Below are positions 29,692 to 32,000 of a stretch of 32,000 bases of DNA, one piece after another. The position numbers and the translations under genes are program-made. The notes beneath the pieces were generated by a model. That model saw only the letters and a list, made by a program, of their open reading frames with translations. It searched no databases and had not been told where the DNA came from. How positions within the stretch are numbered: the stretch's first letter is position 1; each line of letters begins with the position of its first letter. This DNA is from Aliivibrio fischeri ES114 (GTDB lineage: Bacteria; Pseudomonadota; Gammaproteobacteria; Enterobacterales; Vibrionaceae): the NCBI RefSeq assembly GCF_000011805.1, contig NC_006840.2; one strand, 5' to 3'.

Positions 29692-31242
29692 TTAATTAAG
29701 AACTCGTATTGGGTTTAAACAGCAGAGCCTTTCACGTATGTGTGCTAGCAACTGACTGTCTTGGTCTTTTTTAGATAATTTGTTATGGCATTGAAGCCAC
29801 AGTTCAAGTAAACGTTCTTCCAGAATAGGATCCCAATGAGCGAGTACGGATTGGGAATATTGCTTATCAAGCCATGAGAAAAGTGAGTTGGCTAACTCAT
29901 ATTTGCTGGATTGAAACAGCAGTTTTGCCTGAGTAAATTGCCAAAAAAAGGCTTCTCTATTGGAACGTGATTGATGATGACCACGGATGAGAGGTTGCAT
30001 TACTTCGTTTAAGCTGTGCTGCTGTAACAATGTGAGAGCTTCTTGGAACGCATCTTCCCAGTCACTGCTATTTTGTGATTCATCGAAATGACTTACTGGA
30101 GCTGTAGTAGCATGAGTTGAAGTAGAACAGTGCTGTTGTATCCAAGCTTTTGTTGATTCACTAGCAAACTCAGTTCCATCATCGAATTTAAGATCGGTGA
30201 TGCTTGGTGTTTTGTTGATTAATAGAGACAACTGATCAGTGATGCTTTGTGCTGCATCATGATGATTAAGTGCCGTTAGGCTTTCCCAAACCATGAAATG
30301 GCCATCAATCCAAAATGGTGATTTAGAAAGGCTCTCTTCCATTTCTATAATCAATGCAGAGTGATTTAACTCAGCTTTTAATTGTTGGAAATATTGTGTT
30401 CTAGCTTGAGGAACGGGCTTTAACATAGTTACATTATCATCATTACTTGCAGGTAATTGCGATATGGTTAGCCATGTTAGAGTTCGGTTTAATTGAAAAA
30501 CTTTTTCATCATTAAGTTTTTGAGATAACCAGTATTTTGAGAGCGTTCTCGCTACATCTTGTAAGTGACGAAATGCTTTATTTGCATCTCTATCGTTTGT
30601 GATGTCATCTTGAGAAAATGAGATAGTTGATGTTGTTGATGGAGCTTGTATTGGTGTTGATGGTAGCGATTGTGTTGCTATTACCTCATTATTTTCGGTT
30701 TCTGATTTTAAACGTTTTTTAAGTTTTTTGATTAATGAAATAACAGAAGATAAATTATCTGTATTACTTTGGAAAATAGACTCAATTGAATCATCTAATA
30801 CTGATAATTGTGTAATTAATATATCTGCATCATTTATATTGTCTATATTATCGATAATAGATTTTGTGGTATCTGTAATTATATTAATGATTTGATTAAT
30901 AGAGGAATATAGACTTCTTTTTCTTCTTGGGTAAATATCGTCTTTGAATTTAATGATGAAATCATTAATAACACGGATTAACTCATTATTATCAATAGCA
31001 AGATTTCTCTTAGTTATAGATAAGCACAACCAGTAAAGTAATCTATAATCCTTACTAGTTTCATTTAGTAAATTCAATGAGTTATCATGCACGGTAGACC
31101 AGTCCGTCTTGCTTGTAGCAAACAGATTCGTTGATTTTTTTATTTCTTCTTCAATTAATTCAAACTCAGGCTCATAAGTTAAATCTGTGCCTAAGCGATC
31201 CTTATCTGATATATCAGAAAGGATTGAGTCGTAAGAAAACAT
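29692..31242 (-). CDS. tssA: Type VI secretion protein TssA (ImpA N-terminal family, long C-terminal extension)
   Basis: N-terminus GTDLTYEPEFELIEEEIKKS...DWSTVHDNSLNLLNETSKDYRLLYWLCLSITKRN is typical ImpA_N; C-terminal WEDAFQEALTLLQQ...; first gene of the T6SS operon. Confidence 0.87.
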   Translation of the reverse strand: MFSYDSILSDISDKDRLGTDLTYEPEFELIEEEIKKSTNLFATSKTDWSTVHDNSLNLLNETSKDYRLLYWLCLSITKRNLAIDNNELIRVINDFIIKFKDDIYPRRKRSLYSSINQIINIITDTTKSIIDNIDNINDADILITQLSVLDDSIESIFQSNTDNLSSVISLIKKLKKRLKSETENNEVIATQSLPSTPIQAPSTTSTISFSQDDITNDRDANKAFRHLQDVARTLSKYWLSQKLNDEKVFQLNRTLTWLTISQLPASNDDNVTMLKPVPQARTQYFQQLKAELNHSALIIEMEESLSKSPFWIDGHFMVWESLTALNHHDAAQSITDQLSLLINKTPSITDLKFDDGTEFASESTKAWIQQHCSTSTHATTAPVSHFDESQNSSDWEDAFQEALTLLQQHSLNEVMQPLIRGHHQSRSNREAFFWQFTQAKLLFQSSKYELANSLFSWLDKQYSQSVLAHWDPILEERLLELWLQCHNKLSKKDQDSQLLAHIRERLCCLNPIRVLN

Positions 31243-31464
31243 ATTTACCCTAGCTAAATGATGTTGTTCAAGTCAGATTGTATTGATTTAATTATTATTA
31301 AAATTATTTTTATATAGAAATAGTAAATGGAAGAATTTAATTAAGAAAGGGGAATAATTTGCGATGAAAATTAATTGAGAAATAGATCTAAATTTTATGA
31401 AACTAAATTAAGAGAACTATTTCTCATGATTTACAAATAAAGCAGGTGTCTTATTTGTGATACA

Positions 31465-31671
31465 TTATTTATTCTTGAAGTCGGAGAGCACAATCTCTAA
31501 TGCTTTGATTGCTGTTTCTTTGTCTACTTCGTTGCTTTCAAGAAGATAGATTAAATCTACTGCTAATTTGATTTCATCCGGTGCGTTATCTAGAGGGTTA
31601 GGAGTCTCTGTTTGAACTTCAACTTCGGTTTCGATTTGCGGTATTTGCTGATTATTTTGGGGGTTAGTCAT
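31465..31671 (-). CDS. YbaM/RsmS-like small protein (DUF2496-type)
   Basis: C-terminal NAPDEIKLAVDLIYLLESNEVDKETAIKALEIVLSDFKNK closely resembles E. coli YbaM ([21 protein letters not shown]...ALDIVKRDY, from memory); also sits directly downstream of priC, as in enterobacteria. Confidence 0.8.
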   Translation of the reverse strand: MTNPQNNQQIPQIETEVEVQTETPNPLDNAPDEIKLAVDLIYLLESNEVDKETAIKALEIVLSDFKNK

Positions 31672-32000
31672 GTTGTTCTCGATAAGTAATTTGTTGTTCT
31701 AATCGGATCATTGCTTCTTTACAGCGTTGTAAGCGTTTTTCTGTTGCTAGCAGTTTTTGTTGTAGATCTTGCTGCTGAGAGAATGAATGGCATTGATTAA
31801 TTGCCAGTTCTTGATCATTTACCATTTGTGCTAAACGGCGTTCCCACTCTTGGTGTTGAGCTAGGTCTTGATACATATCACTAATGGGTTTTTTATAGCT
31901 TCCCTTCGGACGAGGTTCGTTAGAGCGTATACGTTGAGTTGCTACTTCTCTTTGTATCGCTTCAATTTGAGCAACCAACATTTGCGTTAAATATTCCGCT
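31664..32000 (-). CDS. priC: Primosomal replication protein N'' (PriC), 5' part beyond the window edge
   Basis: The frame stays open upstream of the track's Met to the window end (AEYLTQMLVAQIEAIQREV...). C-terminus HQEWERRLAQMV...LQRCKEAMIRLEQQI matches the PriC C-terminal pattern (HQDFERRLREMV...LARCRHALEKIENRL, from memory). Overlaps the downstream gene by 8 nt. Confidence 0.8.
   Translation of the reverse strand, partial: AEYLTQMLVAQIEAIQREVATQRIRSNEPRPKGSYKKPISDMYQDLAQHQEWERRLAQMVNDQELAINQCHSFSQQQDLQQKLLATEKRLQRCKEAMIRLEQQITYREQHD

Noticed and set aside
1-32000. CRISPR array, restriction-modification, retron, toxin-antitoxin or prophage modules
   Set aside because: No regularly spaced repeats, reverse transcriptase, nuclease/methylase pair, integrase or transposase seen in the ORFs or gaps read.

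Overview
The window looks like a gammaproteobacterial (Vibrio/Aliivibrio-like) chromosomal segment. Left part (1-10978): a 5'-truncated Cache-GGDEF-EAL protein; a large modular GH18 chitinase (minus); a divergent methyl-accepting chemotaxis protein; the 4.5S/SRP RNA gene (minus); a DUF481-type outer-membrane protein; and a membrane-anchored PAS-GGDEF diguanylate cyclase. Right part (10979-31242): a nearly complete, tightly packed minus-strand type VI secretion operon, in transcription order tssA-tssB-tssC-tssE-tssF-tssG-tssH(clpV)-vasH-(unannotated 42-aa lipoprotein)-tagH(FHA)-tssJ-tssK-tssL-tssM-PP2C phosphatase-Ser/Thr kinase. It is preceded on the same strand by the 3' part of priC and by a ybaM/rsmS-like gene. 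No hcp, vgrG, PAAR or effector/immunity genes are visible here. The system is a known type; I see no evidence for a wholly new one. The less obvious items are: a small lipoprotein ORF between vasH and tagH that the supplied track misses; a 12-bp perfect stem-loop with a competing 9-bp arm in the unusual tssC-tssE gap; a T6SS kinase with DFS/HGD instead of DFG/HRD motifs; repeats between the ybaM-like gene and tssA; a repeat cluster in the chitinase/chemoreceptor divergent intergenic region; and a 12-bp palindrome just upstream of the SRP RNA. All family calls come from reading motifs by eye, with no database search.
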